DNA of 64,000 nt from Candidatus Parcubacteria bacterium (GTDB lineage Bacteria; Patescibacteriota; Minisyncoccia; Minisyncoccales; JAGLUP01): NCBI GenBank assembly GCA_023134715.1, contig JAGLUP010000002.1, positions 15,906 through 79,905 on the forward strand, written 5' to 3'. Of this stretch, positions 46,555-54,466 are shown piece by piece. The notes under the pieces are model-generated. The model saw nothing but the letters and a program-made list of their open reading frames with translations. It searched no databases and had not been told where the DNA came from. The stretch's first letter is position 1, and the number at the start of each line of letters is the position of its first letter. Position numbers and translations under genes: made by a program.

Positions 46555-46635
46555 TTTTTCTTTCTTTTTTTCTTTTTTCGAGCTCAGAAAAATGTACAAG
46601 ACCCGACCTCGTACATTTTGTGGGTTGGAAAAAAG
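46555..46635 (+). repeat. Cassette 3' module, copy d (loop carries an extra nested hairpin)
   Basis: CTTTTTTCGAGCTCA..AAAATGTACAAG-acccgacc-TCGTACATTTT..GTGGGTTGGAAAAAAG. Confidence 0.8.
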
Positions 46636-46642
46636 CAAACAA

Positions 46643-46719
46643 AAATAAAAAAAACAGTTCTTTAAATAAAAAAACCCTCCTTCGTTAAAACTATGGAGGG
46701 CAAAGAAAGAAAGAGAAAA
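46643..46719 (+). repeat. Cassette 5' module, copy C4
   Basis: Identical core to 45940-46015. Confidence 0.8.
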
Positions 46720-46806
46720 CAACAGAGAAGCCATCCCGGGGGACACCCCGGTGGATATGAATCTTACTCTTCCGGCAAAGATTGGAAGAAAAAAGAGGTG
46801 AAAAAC

Positions 46807-46977
46807 ATGGATAGAAAAAATATATTGATTGTTATGATATTCCTGATAGTGGGGAGTTTAACGACAATCATTGCGTCGCTAATAAGCACAGGCACAGTGA
46901 ATAAAGAACTATTGGAAATTATATTTAATGTAGACGCGCTCATTCTCGTCTATGTTGGAATATTAAGCATTCATTAG
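46807..46977 (+). CDS. 56-aa two-TM protein, cassette 4
   Basis: GAGGTGAAAAAC before ATG 46807. The track start at 46693 lies inside the conserved 5' module and was not used. Confidence 0.5.
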   Translation: MDRKNILIVMIFLIVGSLTTIIASLISTGTVNKELLEIIFNVDALILVYVGILSIH

Positions 46978-47034
46978 TTTCTCTTTCTTTTTTTCTTTTT
47001 TCGAGTCCATAAATATTTGTGGGTTGGAAAAAAG
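46978..47034 (+). repeat. Cassette 3' module, copy e
   Basis: TTTCTCTTTCTTTTTTT, then CTTTTTTCGAGTCCA-taaatattt-GTGGGTTGGAAAAAAG. Confidence 0.8.
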
Positions 47035-47102
47035 AGGTTAGAGATGCTCTCGTCCTGCATCTTTGCTCTCTCCTAGACGTAGGATGGGAGCTTCTCTGAC
47101 CT
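47035..47102 (+). other. Long imperfect hairpin whose loop displays GCTCTCTCC
   Basis: AGGTTAGAGATGCTC pairs with GAGCTTCTCTGACCT, and GTCCTGCATCT pairs with AGACGTAGGAT. The loop is TTGCTCTCTCC. Confidence 0.4.
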
Positions 47103-47106
47103 TTTT

Positions 47107-47136
47107 AAAACAGCCCCGCTAAGCGGGGCTGTTTTT
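47107..47136. terminator. Bidirectional intrinsic terminator (ends recR on the minus strand)
   Basis: AAAACAGCCCCGC-taa-GCGGGGCTGTTTTT. Confidence 0.75.
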
Positions 47137-47150
47137 CATTCTCTTGTTTT

Positions 47151-47774
47151 TCATTCTCTTCTTTGGAGAGCGCTTTTAAGGGTTTCCTTATCAGCATATT
47201 CTAATTCCGCGCCAGTCGGCAAACCGCGGGCGAGGTGAGTAATTTTCCTGCCTAACGGCTTTAAAGCGCGCTCTAAATAAAGTATTGTCGCTTCACCTTC
47301 TGTGGTCGGATTTAAAGCTAAAATTATTTCTTTGAAATTAGCTTTTTTTATTCTCTGAATCAACTCCTTTATTCTTAATTTTTCAATATCTTGCTTTTTA
47401 AGGGTTGAAACCGTGCCTCCTAAAACAAAATAAAAACCTTTATAAGTTTTTGTTTTTTCAATTGAGATTAAATCAGTTTCTTTTTCTACTATGCAAAGCA
47501 GGGTCTTATCTCTTCTCGGGTCTAAACAAATCTCACAAAATTTCTGGTCTCCCTCATAAGAATTAAAGCAAAACGTACAAATTTTTATCGCTTTTTTTAA
47601 TTCTAAAATTGAATTAGTTAAATTCTCAACTTTCTCTACGGGAAGATGGATTAAATAAAAAACAAAGCGAGCTGCTGTGCGCGGTCCAATCGTGGGAAAT
47701 TTACTAAATTCATCAATAAGTTTCTGCTTTTTCATATTTTTCAATAGTTCGGAAACAAGCTCTTTGTTCGTCAA
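47151..47774 (-). CDS. recR: Recombination protein RecR
   Basis: FPTIGPRTAARF HhH motif, Cys4 Zn finger CTFC..CEIC and a Toprim region. The alternative start at 47735 fits the usual N-terminal length better. Confidence 0.85.
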   Translation of the reverse strand: MTNKELVSELLKNMKKQKLIDEFSKFPTIGPRTAARFVFYLIHLPVEKVENLTNSILELKKAIKICTFCFNSYEGDQKFCEICLDPRRDKTLLCIVEKETDLISIEKTKTYKGFYFVLGGTVSTLKKQDIEKLRIKELIQRIKKANFKEIILALNPTTEGEATILYLERALKPLGRKITHLARGLPTGAELEYADKETLKSALQRRE

Positions 47775-49089
47775 AATATAATTTTATCATTCCTATGGGT
47801 CCATTCCTATGCTTGGCAATAAGAATTTCAGCAACGTTTTTCTCGGCATCGTCTTTATATCTATCCGGCCGATGAATAAATAAAACCACATCCGCGTCCT
47901 GTTCCAATGCGCCGGATTCGCGAAGATCAGACAAGCGAGGAATTGGAGGAGTGCGCTGTTCCACTGCCCGAGAAAGCTGGGAAAGAGCTAAAACAGGTAT
48001 ATTAAGCTCGCGAGCCAGACCCTTCAAAGACCTTGAGATTTCAGTCATCTGCTGGACTGTGCTTAAATGCGGACTCCGAGATTCCATCAATTGCAAGTAA
48101 TCAACAACAATCATGCCCAGCCCATGGCTGGCTTGAAGCCGCCTTGCCATTGCCCTCATTTGTAAAATACCAGAAGTAGCCGCATCATCAATAAAAATCG
48201 GCACTTCAGATAAAACACCGATTGCCTGGTTGATTCTGCTAAAATCATTATTTTCTCCTTCGCTGGAGAGACGGCCAGTTCTTAATCGCCATAAATCAAT
48301 ATTAGCGTGAGAAGCAATCAATCTGTCCACTATTTGGTCTTTTGCCATCTCTAAGCTAAAAATTCCTACCGGCAATTTTTCCTTAGTGGCAATATGGCGG
48401 GCAATATCAAGAGATAAAGAGGATTTTCCAAAACTTGGCCTTGAAGCAAGAATTATAAGGTCTGACTTTTGTAATCCGGCTAAAACATTATCAAGGTCTT
48501 TAAATCCAGTTGAAAGCCCTCTTAAATTCTGTCCGTGCTTTGAAAGCTCATCTATTCTTTCAAAGGCCTCTTCTAATGTGCTTTTTATCGGCACAAAGGC
48601 CTGGCTAAGAGATTTTTGAGCTATGCTGAAAACTTTTTTTTCCGCTTCGTCTAAAAGCAAATCAACATCTTCTGTTTCTTTATAGCCCATAGAGCCAATA
48701 TCCTGGCCGACTTCAATTAAACTCCGCAAAATTCTCTTTCTTTGAACAATCTTAGCGTAATTTGAAACATTAGAAGCAGTGGGAACAGAGTTTATTAAAT
48801 CAGTTAAATAGCTTCTTCCCCCGATTTGTTCTAATTGATTTTTTTCTCTAAGTATATTAGTAACCGATACCAAATCAATTGGCTCACTTTTTTCAAAAAG
48901 CTCAAGTATTGTCTGAAAAATTTTCTGATGAATGTTTTTATAAAAATCGCGAACAGTTAAAAAATCAGCTACTTTAATAATAGCGTCTTTGTCTAACATC
49001 AAAGACCCCAGCAAACATTGTTCTGCTTCAATATTCTGAGGCGGCAATCTATCAGGCAATTCAAGATTTTTTGGAGAATTATCGTTCAT
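47713..49089 (-). CDS. dnaB: Replicative DNA helicase DnaB
   Basis: PPQNIEAEQCLLGSLM N-terminus, Walker A SRPSFGKSS and Walker B IVVDYLQL. Confidence 0.9.
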   Translation of the reverse strand: MNDNSPKNLELPDRLPPQNIEAEQCLLGSLMLDKDAIIKVADFLTVRDFYKNIHQKIFQTILELFEKSEPIDLVSVTNILREKNQLEQIGGRSYLTDLINSVPTASNVSNYAKIVQRKRILRSLIEVGQDIGSMGYKETEDVDLLLDEAEKKVFSIAQKSLSQAFVPIKSTLEEAFERIDELSKHGQNLRGLSTGFKDLDNVLAGLQKSDLIILASRPSFGKSSLSLDIARHIATKEKLPVGIFSLEMAKDQIVDRLIASHANIDLWRLRTGRLSSEGENNDFSRINQAIGVLSEVPIFIDDAATSGILQMRAMARRLQASHGLGMIVVDYLQLMESRSPHLSTVQQMTEISRSLKGLARELNIPVLALSQLSRAVEQRTPPIPRLSDLRESGALEQDADVVLFIHRPDRYKDDAEKNVAEILIAKHRNGPIGMIKLYFDEQRACFRTIEKYEKAETY

Positions 49090-49223
49090 ATCTTTATCTT
49101 TCAGTATATCTAATCTTTAAAAAATTTCAACCCTTTACAAAAACTTAAAATCAAGTATGCTTAAATTAGTTCAATGAGAAGAGAATGCTCTTTAAGAACT
49201 GAAAATTAAAAGAGGTGATAAAA

Positions 49224-50495
49224 ATGATAGCTGAAGCTATAATGACTAAAAAATCTATAAATGAAAAACCTGCATGTCCGGACTGCGGAAGTAGGCAAAC
49301 AATAACTGACTATAAACATGGTGAAATAATTTGTAAGTGTGGTTTGGTTTTAAATGATACATTATTTAATTTCGGACCCGAGACAAGAGCATACGACCAG
49401 GAAAAAATGGATAAAGTAGCGAGAACTGGCAGTCCTTTAAAATTTGCCAAACAAAATTTAGGATTGACGACAGAAATAGATCATTATGATAGAGATATTT
49501 TGGGAAGATCAATTCCAACTGAAAGAAAAGCTCAACTCTATCGTCTAAGGAAATGGCAAAGAAGAGCAAGAATGGGAACATCTGTTGACAGAAATCTTTC
49601 TATAGCATTGCCAGAGCTTGATAGAATGTGCGGACATTTAAACATTCCCAATAATATCAAGGAAGAATGCGCTCAGCTTTATAGAAAATGCGTAAAAGAA
49701 AGAATAGTCAGAGGAAGATCAATAGAAAGCGTAGTCGCGGCAGTAATATATTTAATATCAAGACAGCGTAAGCTTCCAAAAATCCTTGATGAGTTGGAAA
49801 GTGTGTCTGGCGTCAAGAAAAAAGATATTGGAAGGAGTTATAGAATAATTTGCAGAAGAATGAAGATAAGAATGCCAGTGACTACGGCGGCAGATTATAT
49901 ATCGAGATTAGCAAGCAAAGCAGGGGTCTCGGGAGAAACACAAGCAAAGGCGATAGAAATACTTGAGAAAGCAAGAAAAGACGGAACGATAAGCGGAAGA
50001 GTGCCTATAAGCATGGCGGCGGCAGGAATATATTTAGCCGCAGAAATGACGGGAGACGAGAATGCCAAACAAATTAAAGGAATTTCAGGTGTTTCTGAGA
50101 TGGGAATAAAAAATAGATATAACGAACTAAAAAGATTTATTGACAGAGACAATGGAATAGAAGTATTGCTTGAAGAAGAGATAGAAACATTAGATGATAT
50201 GCTGGGGAAGGTAGAAAAGAAAAAGATTCTGCTAAAATTTGCCGATGAGTTAGAGTTGTCAGACGAAACAAAAAAAGAAGCAGTTGAGATTCTGGAAAAA
50301 GTTATGGAAAATGGCTTTAAGCTGGATCCAAGAAAAAATATCAATGGATACATAGAAGCGGCAATTTATCTTAGCGCCATGGACAATGAAAAAATTTCTC
50401 TATGGAAGATAGAAAAGGTTACCAAAACTTCAAGCACAATAATCTGGGATAGGAAAGAAAAAATAAAAAAAGCGTTAATAGGAATAGAGCAATAA
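49224..50495 (+). CDS. Archaeal-type transcription factor B (TFB/TFIIB)-like protein, paralogue 1
   Basis: Zn ribbon CPDCGS..CKCG, GPETRAYD, YRLRKWQRR, two cyclin-fold repeats (RGRSIESVVAAVIYL, IGRSYR, AIEILEKA, AAAGIYLAA, IKNRYNEL) and a ~100-aa C-terminal extension. SD AAAAGAGGTGATAAAA precedes ATG 49224. Confidence 0.85.
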   Translation: MIAEAIMTKKSINEKPACPDCGSRQTITDYKHGEIICKCGLVLNDTLFNFGPETRAYDQEKMDKVARTGSPLKFAKQNLGLTTEIDHYDRDILGRSIPTERKAQLYRLRKWQRRARMGTSVDRNLSIALPELDRMCGHLNIPNNIKEECAQLYRKCVKERIVRGRSIESVVAAVIYLISRQRKLPKILDELESVSGVKKKDIGRSYRIICRRMKIRMPVTTAADYISRLASKAGVSGETQAKAIEILEKARKDGTISGRVPISMAAAGIYLAAEMTGDENAKQIKGISGVSEMGIKNRYNELKRFIDRDNGIEVLLEEEIETLDDMLGKVEKKKILLKFADELELSDETKKEAVEILEKVMENGFKLDPRKNINGYIEAAIYLSAMDNEKISLWKIEKVTKTSSTIIWDRKEKIKKALIGIEQ

Positions 50496-50575
50496 ATTGC
50501 TCTTTTTTTTTGATTTTAAATCACTCTATCTAAAATTTACCTTGCCAAACAAATGAGTCTGTGATAGTATTATTA

Positions 50576-50610
50576 CAGTAATTTGACAATTATATAATTA
50601 ATAATTACTG
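50576..50610. promoter_or_regulatory. Nested palindrome upstream of the second TFB-like gene
   Basis: CAGTAATT-tgac-AATTATATAATT-aat-AATTACTG. The inner 12-mer is a perfect palindrome. Confidence 0.35.
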
Positions 50611-50639
50611 ATGAATGAAAAATAAAAGAGGTGATAATA

Positions 50640-51896
50640 ATGAATAAATGTAAAGGTTGCGGAGGTTCAGAAAAAATCACAGACTATAAACATGGTGAAA
50701 TACTTTGCAAAAAGTGTGGTTTGGTTTTGAATGATGCGCTATTTGATACTGGACCCGAATGGAGAGCATTTGACAAAGAACAATCAGATAAACGAGCGAG
50801 AACAGGCGGCCCTTTAAAATTTGCCAAACTAAATTTAGGTTTAACAACAGAGATAGACAAATACGACAGAGACATTTTAGGAAAACCGGTTCCCACTATA
50901 AGAAAAGCAAAACTCTACAGATTGAGATACTGGCAAAGAAGGTCAAGAATGGGAACATCTGTTGACAGGAATCTTTCTATAGCATTGCCTGAATTAGATA
51001 GGATGTGCGCGTATCTCAACATTCCCAACAATATTAAGGAGGAATGCGCCCAGCTTTACAGAAAATGCGTAAACAAGAAAATAATCAAGGGAAGGTCAAT
51101 AGAAAGCGTAATTGCCGCAACAATATATCTGATTTCCCGAAATCATAAAATGCCAAAAACTCTTGAAGAGCTTGAAAATGTGGCAGGTGTAAAGAAGAGG
51201 GATATTGGAAAGAGTTATAGAACAATCTGCAGAAGATTGGGCATAAAAATGCCAGTGATTACAGCCGTGGATTATGTGCCAAGATTAGCAAGTGAAGCAG
51301 GAATTTCCGGGGAAACAACAGCCATAGCAATGAAAATGCTTGAAGACACAAGAGAATCTGGAGCGATAGCAGGCAAGGTGCCTATAAGCATGGCAGCTGC
51401 AGGCGTATATTTAGCCGCAAGAATAACAGGAGATAAAAAGTGTCAAAAGATTAAAAGTATTGCAGGTATTTCTGAATCTGCGATAAAAAGCAGATACGTC
51501 GAGCTTGAAAAAATTATTAATGGAGAAGTATTGCTTGAAGATATTGACACGGGGATTACAGAAAAAAGAAAACCTGAAGAAGAGCCGACATTAGATGATA
51601 TGTTATGGAAGATAGAAAAGAAAAAGATTCTGCTAAAATTTGCCGATGAGCTAAGATTATCAGACAAAACAAAAAAAGAAGCAGTTGAGATTCTGGGAAA
51701 AGTTATGGAAAATGACTTTAAGCTGGATCCAAGGGAAAATATCAATGGATATTTAGGAGCGGCAATTTATCTGGCAGACAAAAACAATGATAGAAAATGC
51801 AAGCAAAAGGGAATTGCGCTCATTGTCGGCGTATCAGTTCCGACAATTTCATACAAAGGAAAAATAATAGAGGGGAAACTCTCTTCTTTTTTTTGA
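50640..51896 (+). CDS. Archaeal-type transcription factor B (TFB/TFIIB)-like protein, paralogue 2
   Basis: CKGCGG..CKKCG, GPEWRAFD, YRLRYWQRR, KGRSIESVIAATIYL, IGKSYR. The C-terminal extension is nearly identical to that of paralogue 1. Confidence 0.85.
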   Translation: MNKCKGCGGSEKITDYKHGEILCKKCGLVLNDALFDTGPEWRAFDKEQSDKRARTGGPLKFAKLNLGLTTEIDKYDRDILGKPVPTIRKAKLYRLRYWQRRSRMGTSVDRNLSIALPELDRMCAYLNIPNNIKEECAQLYRKCVNKKIIKGRSIESVIAATIYLISRNHKMPKTLEELENVAGVKKRDIGKSYRTICRRLGIKMPVITAVDYVPRLASEAGISGETTAIAMKMLEDTRESGAIAGKVPISMAAAGVYLAARITGDKKCQKIKSIAGISESAIKSRYVELEKIINGEVLLEDIDTGITEKRKPEEEPTLDDMLWKIEKKKILLKFADELRLSDKTKKEAVEILGKVMENDFKLDPRENINGYLGAAIYLADKNNDRKCKQKGIALIVGVSVPTISYKGKIIEGKLSSFF

Positions 51897-51949
51897 TTTT
51901 TGGAAAATATATGATATTATAAAATTATAATAAGCTTAAAAATAATTTT

Positions 51950-52549
51950 ATGAATATAAAAAAACAGGATATAATTGCGGCTTTTATAATCGGCGAAGCA
52001 GACGCTTTGCTTATGATTCTAATTGCTAAAAATATTGGCTGGGACTTTGATTTAATTAAATTCACGCCAATTATTTTGCCAGTTTTAGCTGTTTTAGGAA
52101 TTATTTTCGCTAATTACTTAGGAAAAAAGATTTTAGCTATTTTCCAAGCAGCTAAATTTGCTTTAACCGGAACATTGAATACTTTTATTGATTTAGGCGT
52201 GTTAAACCTTTTAATGTTAGTTTTTGGTGTAAGCTCTGGAATGCTTTATTCGGTGTTTAAAGGAATGTCTTTTATCGCAGCCACAATTAATAGCTATCTT
52301 TGGAATAAATTCTGGACCTTTGAAAAGAAAGAAACAGCAGTTTCCACAAAAGAATCTTCCCAATTTTTTGCTGTTGCCGGCATAGGCCTTATAATAAATG
52401 TTGCTGTTGCTTCTTTTGTGGTAAATATTATAGGCCCTCAATTTGGAATCTTCCCAGAACTCTGGGCAAACATTGGCGGAGTTATTGCTACGCTTACTGC
52501 TATGTTCTGGAATTTTGTTGGCTATAAATTCATTGTGTTTAAAAAATAA
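51950..52549 (+). CDS. GtrA-family membrane protein
   Basis: FALTGTLNTFIDLGVLNLL, NSYLWNKFWTF and C-terminal FWNFVGYKFIVFKK. Confidence 0.75.
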   Translation: MNIKKQDIIAAFIIGEADALLMILIAKNIGWDFDLIKFTPIILPVLAVLGIIFANYLGKKILAIFQAAKFALTGTLNTFIDLGVLNLLMLVFGVSSGMLYSVFKGMSFIAATINSYLWNKFWTFEKKETAVSTKESSQFFAVAGIGLIINVAVASFVVNIIGPQFGIFPELWANIGGVIATLTAMFWNFVGYKFIVFKK

Positions 52550-52551
52550 TT

Positions 52552-53670
52552 ATGTCATTAGCTTTATATAGAAAATACAGGCCAAAAACCTTTGCCGAAA
52601 TTATCGGGCAGGAGCATATTGTTAAAACTTTAACTAACGCGCTCTCTTCAGAAATGATTTCCCACGCTTATTTATTTACAGGCCCTCGCGGCTGCGGCAA
52701 AACCACAATAGCTCGTTTATTGGCTAAAGCGGCAAATTGTGAAACCCGAAAACCAAATGAATTTGAGCCCTGCAATAAATGCTCTTCCTGTATTGAAATT
52801 AATGAAAGCAGGTCAATTGACTTAATTGAAATTGACGCGGCTTCTCACAGGGGAATTGACGATATAAGAGAAATAAGACAGGGGATTAAGTTTGCTCCCA
52901 CAAAATCAAAATACAAAATTTTTATTATTGACGAATGCCATCAGTTAAGCAAAGACGCGGCAAACGCTTTACTGAAAACATTGGAAGAGCCGCCAGCTCA
53001 CGCTATTTTTATTTTAGCCACAACAGAAATTCAAAAAATGATTGCGACAATTCTTTCCAGATGCCAGCGATTTGATTTCTGGAACCTGACCATGCCGCAA
53101 ATCATCCAACGATTAGAATTTCTTTCTGAAAAAGAAAAAATAAAAATTGAAAAGCCGGCTTTAGAGCTTATTGCTTTGCAGGCAAGGGGATCTATCAGAG
53201 ACGCTGAAAGCTTGCTTGACCAGGTTATTAGTTTTTCCAGCGCTTTAGACCAGAAAGCGGAAATAAAAACACAAGAAATTAAAGATTTATTGGGAATTGT
53301 TGATTTAAGTTCAGTTTCGCAATTCGTTGATTTTCTTGTTGAAAAAAACATTTCTAAAACAATCAACTATTTGCAGGAAATTCTGGAAAAAGGCAAAGAC
53401 CCGCAGGAATTTACTAAAACCTTGATTAGTTATTTAAGGCAGGGACTGCTTTTAAAAATCAGCCCTGATATGCAAAATCATCTAAGTATTGGCTTAACAA
53501 AAGAAGAACTACAAAAACTTCAAAATCAAGCAAATGGTTTTTCAGAGCAGGAATTGCAAAAACTTTTACAACTTTTTTTAAAAGCGGAAAACCAAATAAA
53601 ATATTCTTCAATCCCTCAACTGCCAATAGAATTGGCAATCGTTGAGGCGATTGGCTTGGAGAAAGAATAG
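52552..53670 (+). CDS. dnaX: DNA polymerase III subunit gamma/tau (short form)
   Basis: ALYRKYRPKTFAEIIGQEH, GPRGCGKTT, Zn module CNKCSSC, IIDECHQL and SRCQRF. Confidence 0.9.
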   Translation: MSLALYRKYRPKTFAEIIGQEHIVKTLTNALSSEMISHAYLFTGPRGCGKTTIARLLAKAANCETRKPNEFEPCNKCSSCIEINESRSIDLIEIDAASHRGIDDIREIRQGIKFAPTKSKYKIFIIDECHQLSKDAANALLKTLEEPPAHAIFILATTEIQKMIATILSRCQRFDFWNLTMPQIIQRLEFLSEKEKIKIEKPALELIALQARGSIRDAESLLDQVISFSSALDQKAEIKTQEIKDLLGIVDLSSVSQFVDFLVEKNISKTINYLQEILEKGKDPQEFTKTLISYLRQGLLLKISPDMQNHLSIGLTKEELQKLQNQANGFSEQELQKLLQLFLKAENQIKYSSIPQLPIELAIVEAIGLEKE

Positions 53671-53726
53671 TGTTGTGTTTTTGAACCACGATGATATAAT
53701 AAAGACAAGATAAAGCGTGGTTCATT

Positions 53727-54410
53727 ATGGCTAAACTCAAAGAAAAAGAAAAAGCGATAAAACTTAGAAAAAAAGGGCGTTCCTATTCTGAAATTTTAAA
53801 ACAAATTCCGGTAGCTAAATCTACCTTATCTTTATGGCTAAGAAGTGTTGGATTGGCTCAACCTCAAAAGCAAAGACTTACTGAAAAAAGAAAACGGGCA
53901 TTAGAAAGAGGAGTGAAAGTAATCCGAGAAAAAAGGATCCTGTTGGTAAAAAAAATTAAGGAAAACGCTAAACAAGAAGTCAATAAAATTACTAAAAGAG
54001 AGTTATGGCTTATTGGGATTGCTTTATATTGGGCAGAGGGCGCTAAACAAAAAGAAACTAATGTTTCAGAAGGGGTATCTTTCGGTAATTCTGACCCAAA
54101 AATGATAACACTTTTCCTCAATTGGATTTATACGACTTGCGATCTCAGCCCTAATAATCTTAGTATAAGATTATATATTCACAAAACAGCCAATGCTGAA
54201 AAAGCAATAAAATTTTGGTCATCTGCTACCAAGATACCAATTTATAAATTTAAAAAAACTGTTTTTAAAAAGCATAAACCGAGAACGAATCGACGAATTA
54301 ATAAAAATTATCAAGGTTTAGTAAAAATCACTATTAAGAAAAGCACAAATTTTAATAGAAAAATAACAGGCTGGATTGAAGGAATTTGTGAAAATTGCGA
54401 GATCGTCTAA
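53727..54410 (+). CDS. HTH-containing protein with possible LAGLIDADG-like endonuclease core (tentative)
   Basis: N-terminal HTH-like RKKGRSYSEILKQIPVAKSTLSLWLR; LWLIGIALYWAEGAK resembles a LAGLIDADG block. The last 15 nt overlap tRNA-Gln. Confidence 0.35.
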   Translation: MAKLKEKEKAIKLRKKGRSYSEILKQIPVAKSTLSLWLRSVGLAQPQKQRLTEKRKRALERGVKVIREKRILLVKKIKENAKQEVNKITKRELWLIGIALYWAEGAKQKETNVSEGVSFGNSDPKMITLFLNWIYTTCDLSPNNLSIRLYIHKTANAEKAIKFWSSATKIPIYKFKKTVFKKHKPRTNRRINKNYQGLVKITIKKSTNFNRKITGWIEGICENCEIV

Positions 54411-54466
54411 TGGTAGGACACCACCCTTTGAAGGTGGTTATCTAGGTTCGAGTCCTAGTCTCGCAG
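54396..54466 (+). tRNA. tRNA-Gln (anticodon UUG)
   Basis: Acceptor TGCGAGA/TCTCGCA (U1-A72), anticodon stem CCACC/GGTGG with loop CTTTGAA, T-arm CTAGG-TTCGAGT-CCTAG. Confidence 0.85.

Noticed and set aside
46693-46806. Upstream start (46693) for the cassette-4 ORF giving MEGKERKRKQQRSHPGG...
   Set aside because: That ATG lies inside the conserved 5' module hairpin, and the same ATGGAGGGCAAAG opens short dead-end uORFs in cassettes 1 and 3. A strong GAGGTGA SD precedes ATG 46807.
39339-47034. Cassette 3' hairpins as intrinsic terminators or as integron attC sites.
   Set aside because: The T-run is upstream of the stem, and an A-run follows it on the other strand, so the geometry is not that of a terminator. 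There is no GTTRRRY/RYYYAAC core pair and no IntI-type integrase in the window, so it is not a classical integron.
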